From contig JAYGDX010000016.1 of NCBI GenBank assembly GCA_046582655.1, positions 64,001 through 128,000 of the forward strand: 64,000 nucleotides of DNA. The letters are read 5' to 3'. This stretch comes from Candidatus Poribacteria bacterium (lineage in GTDB: Bacteria > Poribacteria > WGA-4E > UBA9662). The notes under the pieces are model-generated. The model was not told the origin of the DNA. It saw only the letters and a list, made by a program, of their open reading frames with translations, and did no database searches. Position 1 is the stretch's first letter. Every line of letters begins with the position of its first letter. The translations under genes and the position numbers were made by a program. Of this stretch, positions 20,368-32,369 are shown piece by piece.

Positions 20368-23002
20368 ATGTTACGTAAATTGATTCGCTTGATCTGTTTT
20401 ATTTGCTTGGTCAGTCATCATTGGAACACAACCATTTGGGCAGATGAAGCCAAGCAAGTGGAAAAGTCTGAACCGGCAAAACAGACTGAAAAGAAGAAAA
20501 ATGGATTCAAAGATTTTGATCAGGTTGTCAAAGATAGCCAGACCTACAAAGGTTTTTTCAATCTCTATCTTCAGAAGACTGATTTATACTGTGAAATTCT
20601 GCCCTTCCAGTTGAATCAGCCTTTTCTCTGCATGATGAGTGTTTCGCGTGGGATTGGTATGCCAAGAATGCCGGCCGGAACCACGTTGGATGAGTGGCTA
20701 CTTGTCTGGAAACGGTTGGGAAACCGTCTGCACCTAATTCGTCAGAATGTCCGTTTCCGTGCGAAGAAAGGAACCCCGATGGCTCGGACAGTGGATCTGG
20801 CTTATAACGATTCTGTCCTCTTTTCCCTTGAGATCGACAGTATCCATCCGCAGCGCAATAGCTTGTTGGTAAACATTTCCCCCGTTTTTATCTCGGATCT
20901 TCCGCATCTAGCACCCAAGATAGGATCTGCAGTTAAGGCTTCCGCCAAATTCGATAAGGGACTCAGTAGTTGGGGGGCGATTAAGGCCTTTCCCAAGAAT
21001 GTGGAGCTAAAAGTGGCAGTCGTTTATGATGCCAGCAGTGGTAGTATGGATACCGTACCAGATAGTCGCGGCATGCAGTTGGAAATTCATTACAGTTTGG
21101 TGGAGTTGCCGGACGCAAAGTACCGTCCACGATTGGCCGATGACCGACTGGGACATTTTCTAACGGTAATGAAAGACTATTCCTTCCAAACCGATGAAGA
21201 ACCATTCGTGCGCTATGTTAATCGCTGGCATCTGCAAAAAGCAGATATGAATGCCAAGGTTTCGCCGCCCAAGAAACCTATCATTTTCTATATTGAAAAA
21301 ACAGTGCCTCATCGTTTTCGATCCTATATCCGGCAAGGTATTCTGGAATGGAACAAAGCATTTGAAAAAATCGGTTTTGTCGACGCCATAGAAGTCAGAG
21401 TTCAACAGGATGATGAGAACTGGGACCCCGAAGATGCGAGGTACAACACCGTCCGTTGGATTGCCGGTGCCTCTTTCGCCATCGGTCCGTCACGTGTTAA
21501 TCCCTTATCCGGGCAGATTTTAGATGCTGATATTTTAATCAATGAAGGGTTTATCCGGTCTTGGCAACGGAAATATATGACTTTCTTTGATCAAGTTCAG
21601 CAGGAACGTGATAACTGGATAGGGTTTTCACCTTTCAAGTGCGAAATGGCGTCCGGCTTAAGTCATCAAATGAATTTCATGGCCACCACCATGGCAATCC
21701 GTGAACTGACTGGTCTGAACGGCGAGATGCCAGAAGAATATCTAGGACAAGCGCTGAAAGCTTTGACTATGCACGAAGTGGGTCACACTTTGGGCTTGAG
21801 GCACAATTTTAAGGCCAGTTCTATGCTGTCTCTTGATCAATTGAATGATAAGGATAGGTTTGCTCTTATTGGTTCAGTGATGGACTATGGTCCAGTTAAC
21901 ATCGCTCCCAAGAGTGAAGCACAAGGAAATTACTATACTACTACTATTGGTCCGTGGGACTACTGGGCTATTGAATACGCCTACAAACCGATTGGGGGCA
22001 ATACGCTTGAAGATGAGTTGCCAGAATTGGGCGAAATCGCTGCTCGTGCTGCCTCTCCTGAACTGGCTTATGGTACGGATGGCGATGTATCTTGGTATCG
22101 GTACCGTGATCTGGATCCGCTAGTTAACCGTTGGGATCTTGGGAACGATCCGTTGGCATTTGCCCGGCAACGGATGGAGATCATCAGTGAACTCTGGACG
22201 GAGATCGTTGACATGCTATAGAAGGAGTGGGTATCAGCGGGTTAGACGTGCCTTTGGAACGCTGTTGAACGAATATAGTCGTGTTATGTTTCTCGCTACC
22301 CGTTATATCGGTGGTCAGTACCATCATCGGGATCACCGAGGGGACCCAAATGGACGACTACCTTTCGTTCCGGTTTCGGCAGACAAGCAGCGTGAAGCAC
22401 TCAAATTTCTCAAAGAGCATGCACTTTCCGACAAAGCCTTCGACTTCCCTCCTGAACTACTGAATAGTTTGGCCATCAGCCGCTGGAGTCATTGGGGTAT
22501 CGACAATCAGCAGGCATCGCGCTTGGATTATCCGTTACATCGCCTGATTCTAAACAACCAACGACAGATTCTGGATCGCCTATTTTATCCAAATATTTTA
22601 GCGCGAATTCAGGACACAGAACTCAAGTTTGACAAGGCCAATACCCTTACCATGCCGAAACTTTTTTCAGAAATTACAGGCGCCGTCTGGAGTGAGCTAG
22701 GACATAAACTTGGTGGGAAACGGTGGTTGAATTCAGATCCTTTTATTTCCAGTTTTCGTCGTGGGTTGCAACGTGAACATCTCAAGATACTAATCAAGCT
22801 GGTATTGGAGGTTGACAGTGGCACGCCAGAAGATGCCCGTTCATTAGCCTGGCAGAACCTTGGCTTCATCAACGGCAAGATTGGAAAAGCGATTCGAGGT
22901 GACAACAACAATCTGGACGATTACACTTCGGCACATCTTGGAGAATCACAAGTGCGGATTCAGAAAGCCTTAGATGCCTCCTTCCAGATAGAACGTCGGT
23001 AG
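20368..23002 (+). pseudogene. Secreted zinc-dependent metalloprotease (DUF5117/DUF4953 type), split by a frameshift near 22215
   Basis: Signal peptide, YRPRLADDRLGHF, WNKAFEKIGF, metzincin HEVGHTLGLRHNF, Met-turn SVMDY; continues in ORF 22139-23002. Confidence 0.8.
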
Positions 23003-23071
23003 TATAGAACCAATTCACAGCAGACCTACATTGACCCAATCACAACACAATCTGAAAATAAGGGTAACTAC

Positions 23072-24628
23072 ATGAGTCAGAAAGCGGGTTTCACCTCCAA
23101 AGCTCCACAGCGTGCTTCCGCCATCACACTCGATCAGCAACTAGAACAACTGAAAACAGATACTAATACAACGTTTCGCTTGGTCACGCCAGAAGCTGTC
23201 TGCTGATCCTTACCGACCAAATTATCATTATTCAATCCGGAAGGCAAGCTGAATGGTCCTAACGGGTTGTGCTCTTGGCAAGATCGATATCATCTTTTTT
23301 GTCAAGCCTATCTACCGGAAGACACATGGCAGCATTGGGGACACGCTGTCAGTGATGATCTAGTACATTGGAAAGATCTGCCTTTAGCCATCTATCCGGG
23401 AATTGAGAACTGTTGTTTTAGTGGATCCACTTTGGTGGAAGAAGACCGTGTCATCGCCATGTATCACGGTACCAGTGCCGGTAGCATGATCGCTGTTTCC
23501 GACGATCCTTTACTACTTAATTGGGAAAAAATCTCCGGTTGTCCTGTTATCCCGCTAATAGAATCGGATGAGAAGGGATGACCTTACCGGGTCTATGATC
23601 CATGTATCTGGAAAGAAGATGATGGTTATTACGCACTTTCCGGTCACCACTAGAATGGACCAAATTTTGGTAGTTTCCGAATGGTATAACATCTGTTTTT
23701 CTCGCAGAATCTGGAACGCTGGACCTATATGGGACCTTTTGTTGGAGGAGATATCTACACTGCGTCGGGAGATGATGGGGCAGTTCCATACTTCTGGCCG
23801 ATTGGTGATAAGCACATTCTACTGTTTTGCAGCCATCAACGTGGCGCTCAGTATCTGGTGGGTGACTACGATAGGATTCACCATCGGTTCACACCTTTGA
23901 CTCATGGACGCTTCAATTTCGGCCAGATTGGTGCTGGTGGCGTTTATGCAGCATCAGCCACTCAGACGGTCAGGGCGGTATATATATCTATAATATCAAC
24001 AACGGCAAACCAACCTAGGGCTGGAACCATATCATGTCTCTCGTTCGTCGATTGTCCTTAAACTCGGACAACACATTGAAAATGGAACCCGTTTCTGCTA
24101 CTCAGGTACTTCGTTCTCGTGTTCAATTTGGTGGGAGAAACGCATCTGCCTGCCAATCAGGAGATTCAGCTGGTAGGTATCGAAGATAATACCATGGAAT
24201 TGAACCTCGAGATTGATCCACAGGAAGCACGGGAGATTTGCGTTGATGCACTGTGTTCTCCAAATTGCGAGGAGTACACTTCTATGAAATTCTACCGTCA
24301 CGGACTTTTCGTATTTAGCCAGAATGGTCGTATCCGTCAAGACACATTGGTACTTGACACATCGCGTTCATCCTTGCTCCCAGATGTAATGGCACGTCCA
24401 CCAGAGGTTGCCCCGTTTGAACTTAGAAATGACGAGCCACTCAAGTTGCAGATCTTTATCGACAAAAGCATGGTTGAGGTTTTCGCTAACCATCGGCAAT
24501 GTGTAGCACTACGGGGCTATCCGGAACGTCAGGACAGCTTGGGGGTCTCAATTCGTGCTCAAGGCCGTGATGTTGTTTTAAGATCCCTTGAAGCTTGGCA
24601 GATGAAACGTATCTGGGACAAGAAGTAA
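23072..24628 (+). pseudogene. Glycoside hydrolase family 32 (beta-fructosidase-like) pseudogene
   Basis: LNGPNG (NDPNG with Asp lost), WGHAVSDDLVHW, CFSGS, YDPCIW, C-terminal LQIFIDKSMVEVFAN; several frameshifts and stops. Confidence 0.85.
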
Positions 24629-24842
24629 GGCTGAAATTTCAGGTTTTCTGGTGTGGCATTGTCTAAATCCACTTACTGGCAACGTATAGTGGTCACTATT
24701 AGAATTAGGCTTCTAGCAGTGAAACCTGTCATCTTGACTGAGCAGGGAGAATAAAGGCATTTTTCTGACTTTGATATTTTTCAGTCAATAAGGCTTTTCA
24801 AACCCAGCCTGGAAAGGGGAATTGACAGGCATTTTGCTATTA

Positions 24843-26333
24843 TTATTTTACCAAGAACCCAACGTCGACCCAATTAACAAAGTTTTCATAACTATTGGTG
24901 TAACCGGGCACGGCAACCAAGCTGATCGTCCGGCTGCCTGATGGGATTTTCACCTCGAAACGCCATGGCTCCTGCGAGATCCGTACTGTCGGACTTTCAT
25001 CTGCTAACTCACCATTGATGTAGATCTTGAAGATGACGCTTGGATGCATGGCTCTGGCACGTCCTAGCTCATCCTCCAGCATGCTTTCGTCGAGTCCGGC
25101 TAAACCAACCAAGCAATCATATGTTGGCTGTATGCAATACAATAGGTGAGAAGGTGCTTCCACGCCGATTCCTTTGGCATAATTCTCTCCACGTAGTTTT
25201 AATGGCCGCTGTAGATAAGATTGATCGCAACTGGGTTTTCTTTCAGACGAGTAGATGTTGAAACCATGCACCGTCATCCGAATCGGTTCGAGATCAGATA
25301 GATGGATGTTTGGGGGCGGTGGCTTGGACGGTAGGCAAACGAACGTAGCTGAACTTTCTAGGCAAATCGATTGGTGGCCTCGATAAGCTATTGTCCGAAT
25401 TGTTTGCGTTTCACAAACAGGAAAAGGATCGGTATAGAGAGATGATTTTTCATCCGGTGGCGTTCCGTCAAGGGTATAGTAGATCTGGCAACCCTGATTT
25501 AAAGGTGCAGACAGAGAAACCACTGTTGATTCTTCAAACTGATAAGGTCTGTTTAAGGTGCCCCAAGGCGTAATCCGAACTGGATCAATGGGTGTTTCAT
25601 CGTCCCATTGTCCTAATTTACGGAGTTCATCAACCAAGTGAATGGTTGGCACTATTGATTCAAGTTGCTGGATGACTTCCTTAGTGCCTCGATCTGGATG
25701 TTGACCTTCTGATGGATTATAGCCTGAAATCGCATCCGTCATATCACGCGCTAGAATTGATTGGATGCCGATACGCATCATCGGACCAATTCCAACAGGT
25801 TTACCGGTAGTACAAACGTTGGTGTGAAAACCCAAGAAGATGAGACAGTTTATTCCTAGTTTTTGGCACCAGGAATAAACTTCTTGCGTTCCTTCGACAA
25901 TTAAATCAAGCTGATCTATTTTTAAATTAGGATTCATTCCGTCCCAACCGTAGTTAACACGACAATCGATACCTGATCCACACATGCAACCACCGGCTCC
26001 GTAGCAATCTAGCGTCGGAAACTGAATATCTAGTGGAGTTGGCAGTGGGTGAGGTTCTACGGCTACCGATTTTTCCCGTTGTGGTGTGCCGACATACTGG
26101 TCGGCAACGTCTGTTGGCCCCCAAAAAATCTGGACACCTAATGACCTTAATGCCGCCAATGCATGGTTCATTCGCAAGGCGAACGAACCGCACCGCTCAG
26201 CAGCAGTCATGCACCAATGGTAATTCCATGTATCGACGACCATCGCTCCAATCTGGTCAATCGAAAAGGTTCGTTTTTTAAGAAAAACCTGGTTTTGCGG
26301 GTTACGGTGTTGTAAGTCAAGTTGTATGGTCAA
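24843..26333 (-). CDS. Isochorismatase-like cysteine hydrolase fused to FN3-associated and NPCBM/NEW2 domains
   Basis: VVDTW and GFHTNVC catalytic-type motifs; IYYTLDGTPP..S.LYT; LSDL..PLKLRGENYAKGIGVEAPS..W. Confidence 0.7.
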   Translation of the reverse strand: MTIQLDLQHRNPQNQVFLKKRTFSIDQIGAMVVDTWNYHWCMTAAERCGSFALRMNHALAALRSLGVQIFWGPTDVADQYVGTPQREKSVAVEPHPLPTPLDIQFPTLDCYGAGGCMCGSGIDCRVNYGWDGMNPNLKIDQLDLIVEGTQEVYSWCQKLGINCLIFLGFHTNVCTTGKPVGIGPMMRIGIQSILARDMTDAISGYNPSEGQHPDRGTKEVIQQLESIVPTIHLVDELRKLGQWDDETPIDPVRITPWGTLNRPYQFEESTVVSLSAPLNQGCQIYYTLDGTPPDEKSSLYTDPFPVCETQTIRTIAYRGHQSICLESSATFVCLPSKPPPPNIHLSDLEPIRMTVHGFNIYSSERKPSCDQSYLQRPLKLRGENYAKGIGVEAPSHLLYCIQPTYDCLVGLAGLDESMLEDELGRARAMHPSVIFKIYINGELADESPTVRISQEPWRFEVKIPSGSRTISLVAVPGYTNSYENFVNWVDVGFLVK

Positions 26334-26415
26334 ATTCTTGGTTCCTTTTTCCCTACATGAAGTGACTTTGAAATCGGTTTAGATTTAAAATCATAGTATC
26401 ATTTCAGATAAGTCT

Positions 26416-27567
26416 TCAATTTTCAATAATTTCGATTTCTACCGGATTGATGTAACGCTGGTAATAATCTTCCACTTTCGCTTCGGGAGCGGTACCTTGA
26501 TGAACATAGGCACAAAACTGAAGCCGAAAGGTCTCACCTTCTAGTTCGCTGGGTGGATGATGAAGGATGCTCATCTGTTGTGGAACCGCTATTTCACCGA
26601 AGAAACCTGGATGTTCCGGATTGGACGGATGATCGAATAAAGCTAAGCCATTGACTCCATCTCCTACATTTCCGGCTAAATCGCACCAGCGTGCTCGCTG
26701 ATGATGCACTTCGGATCTACCTATTTGTCCTGCCGAATTTTCAACATGTCCTTGATCCGGGATTTTCATGGAAGGATTTAATCGAGCTACAAAAAGGAAC
26801 TGCCGGTCACCGATATCGACCGGATATGTGGTCTGGTGGGTAACTTCCAGGAACCTTTTTTGTAGATCAACACACCAAGCCCGTACCGTCCGTGTTTCAT
26901 TCATAATGATGTCACCATTTCCTTTAACATGGATCAAATCTTCGACAAATTCTGCATATACAGGCCCGTCTGTTGATCGAATGAATCGTTGATGTAATGT
27001 CTTTCCACATGGTCCATATGGGGGTTCGTCCCAATCAGACCAGATGTTAGCAGAACCACCTTCCCCGTGTCCTCCATAGGCCAGATACAATCCGGTATGA
27101 TGGGGATGATCGCCTCCGCCTGCTCCCCGTACAACAGATCCGTGATTTCCATTTAGAGGCCAGAAGTACGGTTTCCATACGCCCAAGAAATTATATCGGG
27201 TGAAAATACGATCGTCCATTGTAATCAGCAGGTGCGAGGTCAGTTGGCGAATATGAAAGCGTTGATCCTCTACCGACCCATTTTCCAGTGGTGGAAGAGC
27301 TCGAATAGCATACCAAGCTGATTCTTCTGCAGATAGATCTTCCGTTTGCCAGGTCAGTTGGCGGATGGATGGTTCGAACTGAGAAGGAGTCTTTTCCACC
27401 AGAGATTGACCTGTGGATGTTGTCTGTGAGACCACTAATCTGGAAACGCCTTCCTGCCAATCAGGAAAGTGATTACGAGGTTTGAAGGTAAAACGGACTA
27501 AGTCGTTATGCCGAGCTACCGAACCGGCATTAACTTTTACGATAACAGCATTTTGGGATTGTTCCAT
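26416..27567 (-). CDS. DUF6807 / 'PmoA-like' (PF14100-type) beta-sandwich protein
   Basis: KPYFWPL, DHPHHTGLY, ARWCD, LALFDHPSNP motifs. Confidence 0.7.
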   Translation of the reverse strand: MEQSQNAVIVKVNAGSVARHNDLVRFTFKPRNHFPDWQEGVSRLVVSQTTSTGQSLVEKTPSQFEPSIRQLTWQTEDLSAEESAWYAIRALPPLENGSVEDQRFHIRQLTSHLLITMDDRIFTRYNFLGVWKPYFWPLNGNHGSVVRGAGGGDHPHHTGLYLAYGGHGEGGSANIWSDWDEPPYGPCGKTLHQRFIRSTDGPVYAEFVEDLIHVKGNGDIIMNETRTVRAWCVDLQKRFLEVTHQTTYPVDIGDRQFLFVARLNPSMKIPDQGHVENSAGQIGRSEVHHQRARWCDLAGNVGDGVNGLALFDHPSNPEHPGFFGEIAVPQQMSILHHPPSELEGETFRLQFCAYVHQGTAPEAKVEDYYQRYINPVEIEIIEN

Positions 27568-27732
27568 ATCACAACCAGTTGAATCCGAATAGAAAATTTA
27601 ATTTTCACACACTAATACACATCGTTGACAAGGTGATGTATATTTAAGAAAGAAGTTGGTGAAAATCACAATTGTTTATAGAATAACAGAATCTAAAAGC
27701 TTGCACACAGATAAAAACGAAGGAAATGAGTA

Positions 27733-28456
27733 ATGGCAGAGCGGATTGGACAAGATATCATTGATCTCCTTACAGTACCCAGCACAGCAACTTTAACATC
27801 AGTAATGCGTCAATTAAGTATAACAAATACTTTTATGCATCGAGTTGTACCTTTACGTCCAGACATGAGGATGGCTGGCCCAGCCTTTACCCTGCGATAC
27901 ATACCAGCACGCCAAGATCTCGATCCTGGCACAATTGATAACTGACAAGACCGTACAGCGTATTGGTATCGAAGAGATTGGCCAAGGGCAAGTTTTGGTG
28001 ATTGACGCCCGAGGGGATACGCGAGCAGGAACGATGGGATCGATTCTCGTAACGCGCATTTATCAGCGCGGTGCCGTTGGTGTTGTCACAGATGGTGCTT
28101 TCCGTGACAGTCCAATCATCGCAGAAATTGGGATTCCAGCTTACGCCGTAGCTATGAACGCAAACACCAACAAAACCATACATCATCCCAGCGAAATTCA
28201 AGTTCCAGTCGCATGCGGAGAAGTGGCCGTGGTGCCAGGCGATATTATTATCGGAGATGGGGAGGGTGTAGTTGTCGTCCCTACATTAATAGCGGAAACA
28301 GTTGCGGAGATGGCGGTAGCTATGGAAGAAAAAGAAGACTTCCTGATGGAAAAGATACGCGCTGGCGCCAGTATTGTTGGTATTTATCCTCCTGATGAAA
28401 AAGTTCTAACAGAATATGAGGAGTGGAAAAGAAAGAAATTAGCCAAAAATCCATAA
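27733..28456 (+). pseudogene. RraA/HMG-aldolase family protein, frameshift near 27940
   Basis: STATL, MAGPAFTLRYIPAR then GQVLVIDARG, GVVTDGAFRD, PGDIIIGDGEGVVVVP in a second frame. Confidence 0.8.
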
Positions 28457-28493
28457 ACCGGCACGACTAATCATTTCGGCAAAACTTAAATTC

Positions 28494-28976
28494 TCAGGCG
28501 TAGATATTGGTAATAAAGGGAATCACATCATTACGCGTTATTGCTTCTCTAAATTCATTTTTTTTAAATTGCTTCAAGGCTTGCAACATCAATTGACTTA
28601 TCTCAACCAGTTCTAATAACTTTCTCAGAGTTTGCTTTATGGTAAAGTAAAAGTAACTAACAATTTTATTGGTGTTTTCCCTAACGCATTTATTATCAAC
28701 TGAATCTAGCTTGCTAAATAGAGGCAAATTCTGAGCAACTTCTCTTTCTAGCAATTCAATTCTTTTATCAACATAGAGAAACGAAGTAGGATACGGTATT
28801 GATCCGATATTTTCCTCGGGCGTAATTTTTACTGTATCTTGCCACGCTTTGGCAATGATTACTTTCTCGTTGTAGATATCTTCCTGTAGCCGTAAGTGTT
28901 TCTTCAGGTAATGACAAGCTTCCTCGATTATTTCGTCCCTAGTCAAATCAAAATTTCCTTTGTCATAAGGATACAA
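28494..28976 (-). CDS. Hypothetical protein
   Basis: 160-codon AT-rich ORF, no recognised motif. Confidence 0.4.
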   Translation of the reverse strand: MYPYDKGNFDLTRDEIIEEACHYLKKHLRLQEDIYNEKVIIAKAWQDTVKITPEENIGSIPYPTSFLYVDKRIELLEREVAQNLPLFSKLDSVDNKCVRENTNKIVSYFYFTIKQTLRKLLELVEISQLMLQALKQFKKNEFREAITRNDVIPFITNIYA

Positions 28977-29154
28977 TATTAGTTTATCTCAACTTCATTA
29001 CACCACACTTGGAGCAATTTTTCAATCATAATTTCAGATTAATTTCCTTCTGAATTGAAAAATATTTTATCAATAGTTACAATTGAGACACTCATAGTCC
29101 TAGGCTCCCTGCTTATATCAGTTGAAGACCACGATTGATACTGTCACTTTTGAC

Positions 29155-29700
29155 ATGAGGAGGGCAAAGAAAAACATAATAATTCTCATTTTAGGTTTAG
29201 CTTGTTGCTTCAATTTACTAACATTAAGTACTGTTACTGTGGAGATTAAAACACTGTTTTACGAGTATCAAAAAAGTGCCCAGTGGTTTTTCAAAGTTAC
29301 GACTGAGACGGTAACAAAAGTCAGAAATGAAAGGATAACGTATAAATTAACGACCAATGCTCAGAAAGGTTTTAAACTGGCACAGCTTAAGCAGTATGAC
29401 ATGGTTTTATTCGGCACCCACGGAATAGGTGGTTGGGCAAGTTATCATTTGGAGGATGTTGAAAAAGACTTAACTACCTACGTTGAAGGTGGTGGTGTCG
29501 TCCTAGTTCATACTAGTAACGATAAGCATTTCAAGGGCGACATGTTTCCAGTAGAATTGCTGATGTTGGAAAACGGAGATGAAGACTTTTAAGTCACTCC
29601 GGAAGGACACAAATCAGGCATTTTCGATAAGCCAAATAAGGTAAACAATGTTGTCGAAGATGATACTTATCAAGATGTTAAAAGCCTTGGGTTGTTTTAT
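29155..29700 (+). pseudogene. Secreted ThuA/class I glutamine-amidotransferase-like fragment
   Basis: Signal peptide; LKQYDMVLF, LTTYVEGGGVVLVH; in-frame TAA at 29590-29592 with coding-like sequence continuing to about 29700. Confidence 0.5.
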
Positions 29701-30147
29701 CTAAAAGCAAATATTGTAGATTTCTGCATTATCGGGCTGCATCTTAATTGCCTCTTGGTAGGCTGTAAGTGCTTGTTCTAATCTCTCCTGTTTTTGCAAT
29801 GCGATACCAAGATTGTAATGAGTCTCCGCATCATCAGGCTGCAGTTTAATAGCCTGTTGACAAGCTTGCACAGCCTCTTCTAATTTCCTTTGTTTGATGA
29901 GGGCAATGCCTAGGTTATTAAAGAATGATGATTGTTTTGGATCTACCTTTGTCGCTTGGGTAATCAGTTCAACAGCAACTTCGTACTTTTTTGCTTGGAG
30001 GGCAACAACACCCAAGAGATGGAGAGCCTCAGCATCTTGGGAATTTATCTGAAGTATTTGTTGATATATTTGTTCTGCCTGACGTACTTGACCATCTTGA
30101 TGAAGTGAAATGGCTTCTGTCAATTTTTCTTTAACATTTACTGGCAA
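29701..30147 (-). pseudogene. TPR protein, truncated paralog of the neighbouring TPR gene
   Basis: AEALHLLGV, SFFNNLG, AETHYNLG repeats; ends abruptly mid-repeat (AEIYNICF). Confidence 0.7.
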
Positions 30148-30177
30148 GGATATACCATATGATTAGATTTGTGGTGG

Positions 30178-32109
30178 TTACATTGTTTGTTCTATTGCAC
30201 AGTAGTCTAATATGTATTGATTCAGTTCCAAACTGACCTGTTGAAACACATCCGACCAATCATTCATACGTGTCTGTCGAAACAGCTTCATCGAAGAATA
30301 CCAAGGCGTATCTTCTCTTTTCAACATCCAACGCCAGTCTGGGACGTAAGGTAGTAATGTCCAGACTTTTTTCCCCAAAGCGCCAGCCATATGTACCGTC
30401 GTATTATCTATTGATATGACTAAATCTAAGGTTGATACCTGTGCCGCGAAATCATCCAAATTTTTTAAAGGGTCTATTTCCCCATCTAGATAGATCGAAA
30501 TGTTACTCTGATCGGAAGTATACTCTTCAATTTCCTGCCTAACGTCTCCATATTGTAAATTAATAAAAAAACAATCCTGTTTCGATAGAATGGGCTTCCA
30601 ATTCTCTAAGGAAGTGCTCTTTGTATCCGCCCTTGTTTGATCTATACTGGTACTTTTCCAAGAGATGCCGACCAATATTTTCCCATCGGCCAGCTTCCGG
30701 TATTTACTTCTTATTTCTGGGGTTTTCTCCGGACAAACATATAGGTAGAAATTTTTATTGGATAAAAAGCTTCTTTCCTCGGTTCTGAACCATCGACCTA
30801 ACCCACCCATTGGAACATGATAATTGATATTACTATTTAGGAGTCTTGGTTGGGTAGGATTTTCTTGAGGTACAAAGTCAATTTGAGGAAAGGAGCGCTG
30901 GAATAGAGGAATCAGTCTCCGCTCACATTCGATGATGGTATCAGCTTTAGTTTTCAACAGATCTTCAAAGATACTGGCAAACATAATTTGATCGCCAATA
31001 CCTTGTTCCGCCCAAACCAAAATGGATTTTCCTTCAATATTTGAACCATTCCAAGCCGGTTGAGGGAAAATCCTGTTTTCAGTTAGAAAATCGTCACATT
31101 TATCTCGCCATTCATAATGTTTCCAGCCATCATCAAACTCACCTTTTAACAGTAGTGATATGCCTAAATTTTTATGTGCTTCGGCGAACTGTGGATTGAT
31201 TTTGATGGCTTGATAATAAGATTGGACAGATTCCTCCAGCTCTCCCAGTTCTTGGAAGATGACACCAAGATTGTTATGGGTTTCGGCGTTATCAGGTGCA
31301 ATCTCAATGGCCTGCAGATAGACTTGAATCGCTTGGTCAAATTTTCTCTGTTTTTTAAGGAGAACACCAAGATTGTTGTAAGGATCAATAAAGTTAGGTT
31401 GAAATGCAATAGCTTGTTGATAAATCTGAACTGCTTGATCGAATTGTTCTTGCTCCTGCAAGGCTAAACCCAGATTATAGTGAGCTTCGGCATGACTTGA
31501 CTGAAGTTCAATAGCCTGTCGATATGCCTGAGCCGCTTGTTGTAACCTTTCTTGTTTATGCAAAGTGGTGCCAAGATGGTAATACATCTCAGCGTCATTT
31601 GGATGATGTTCGATGGCCCGACGAAAAACCTGAATCGCCTCGTCTAATTGTCCTTTTTGTTGAAGAAGTTTGCCAAGATTATAACAGGCCTCTATATTGT
31701 CAGGCTTAATCTCAATTGCCCACCGGTAAGCTTGAATAGCCTCATTGAGCTTATCCTGTTTTTGTAAGACAATCCCCAGGTTATTATGCCCCTCAGTAAA
31801 TCGAGGATTAATCTCAATAGATTGGTGAAATGCTTGGACTGCCTGGTCTAATTTCTCCTGTCCTTTTAGGACGAGACCCAAGTTATTAAAGAATGAATAC
31901 TGAGTTGAATCTATTTTTATAGCTTGGGTAATTAAATTAGCGGCAATCTGATGTTCTTTCTCTTGATAAGCTATAACCCCCAAGAGATGAAGAGCATCTG
32001 CATGTTGTGGTAAGACCTGAAGTATTTCTTGATATACCTGTTCTGCCTGATGTAACAGATTAGCTTGGTGGAAAGCTATACCTTCCTCTAATTTCTGATC
32101 AATTTTCAT
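30178..32109 (-). CDS. TPR-repeat protein with C-terminal glycosyltransferase (GT9-like) domain
   Basis: About 9 TPRs, then GWKHYEWR, VWAEQGIGDQIMF, INLQYG, DLVISIDNTTVHMAGALGK, DWRW, PWY. Confidence 0.9.
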   Translation of the reverse strand: MKIDQKLEEGIAFHQANLLHQAEQVYQEILQVLPQHADALHLLGVIAYQEKEHQIAANLITQAIKIDSTQYSFFNNLGLVLKGQEKLDQAVQAFHQSIEINPRFTEGHNNLGIVLQKQDKLNEAIQAYRWAIEIKPDNIEACYNLGKLLQQKGQLDEAIQVFRRAIEHHPNDAEMYYHLGTTLHKQERLQQAAQAYRQAIELQSSHAEAHYNLGLALQEQEQFDQAVQIYQQAIAFQPNFIDPYNNLGVLLKKQRKFDQAIQVYLQAIEIAPDNAETHNNLGVIFQELGELEESVQSYYQAIKINPQFAEAHKNLGISLLLKGEFDDGWKHYEWRDKCDDFLTENRIFPQPAWNGSNIEGKSILVWAEQGIGDQIMFASIFEDLLKTKADTIIECERRLIPLFQRSFPQIDFVPQENPTQPRLLNSNINYHVPMGGLGRWFRTEERSFLSNKNFYLYVCPEKTPEIRSKYRKLADGKILVGISWKSTSIDQTRADTKSTSLENWKPILSKQDCFFINLQYGDVRQEIEEYTSDQSNISIYLDGEIDPLKNLDDFAAQVSTLDLVISIDNTTVHMAGALGKKVWTLLPYVPDWRWMLKREDTPWYSSMKLFRQTRMNDWSDVFQQVSLELNQYILDYCAIEQTM

Positions 32110-32369
32110 CGTAAGGTGTTCTAGATCAAGATTCTAGTTATGGCGATGACAGAAAATAATCTTGCTTACATTATATAATACTATTTCTTTGCATTAATGG
32201 TTTTTGTGCTGGTGACCGCAGGTTGGAATAAACTGATCGCAACGGTGTTGGCTTCGGAACTATCCGGAACATCAGGTGTCAATCTATTTCAGTATTCAGT
32301 TTCGTAAATCAGCCGTTTATGTTAAGTTAAAGATTATAGTAATCTAAAAACTCAGGTTAACCAAAGAGT

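Noticed and set aside
26416..27567. Particulate methane monooxygenase pmoA
   Set aside because: The family name is misleading; the protein is soluble with no TM helices and there is no pmoC/pmoB.
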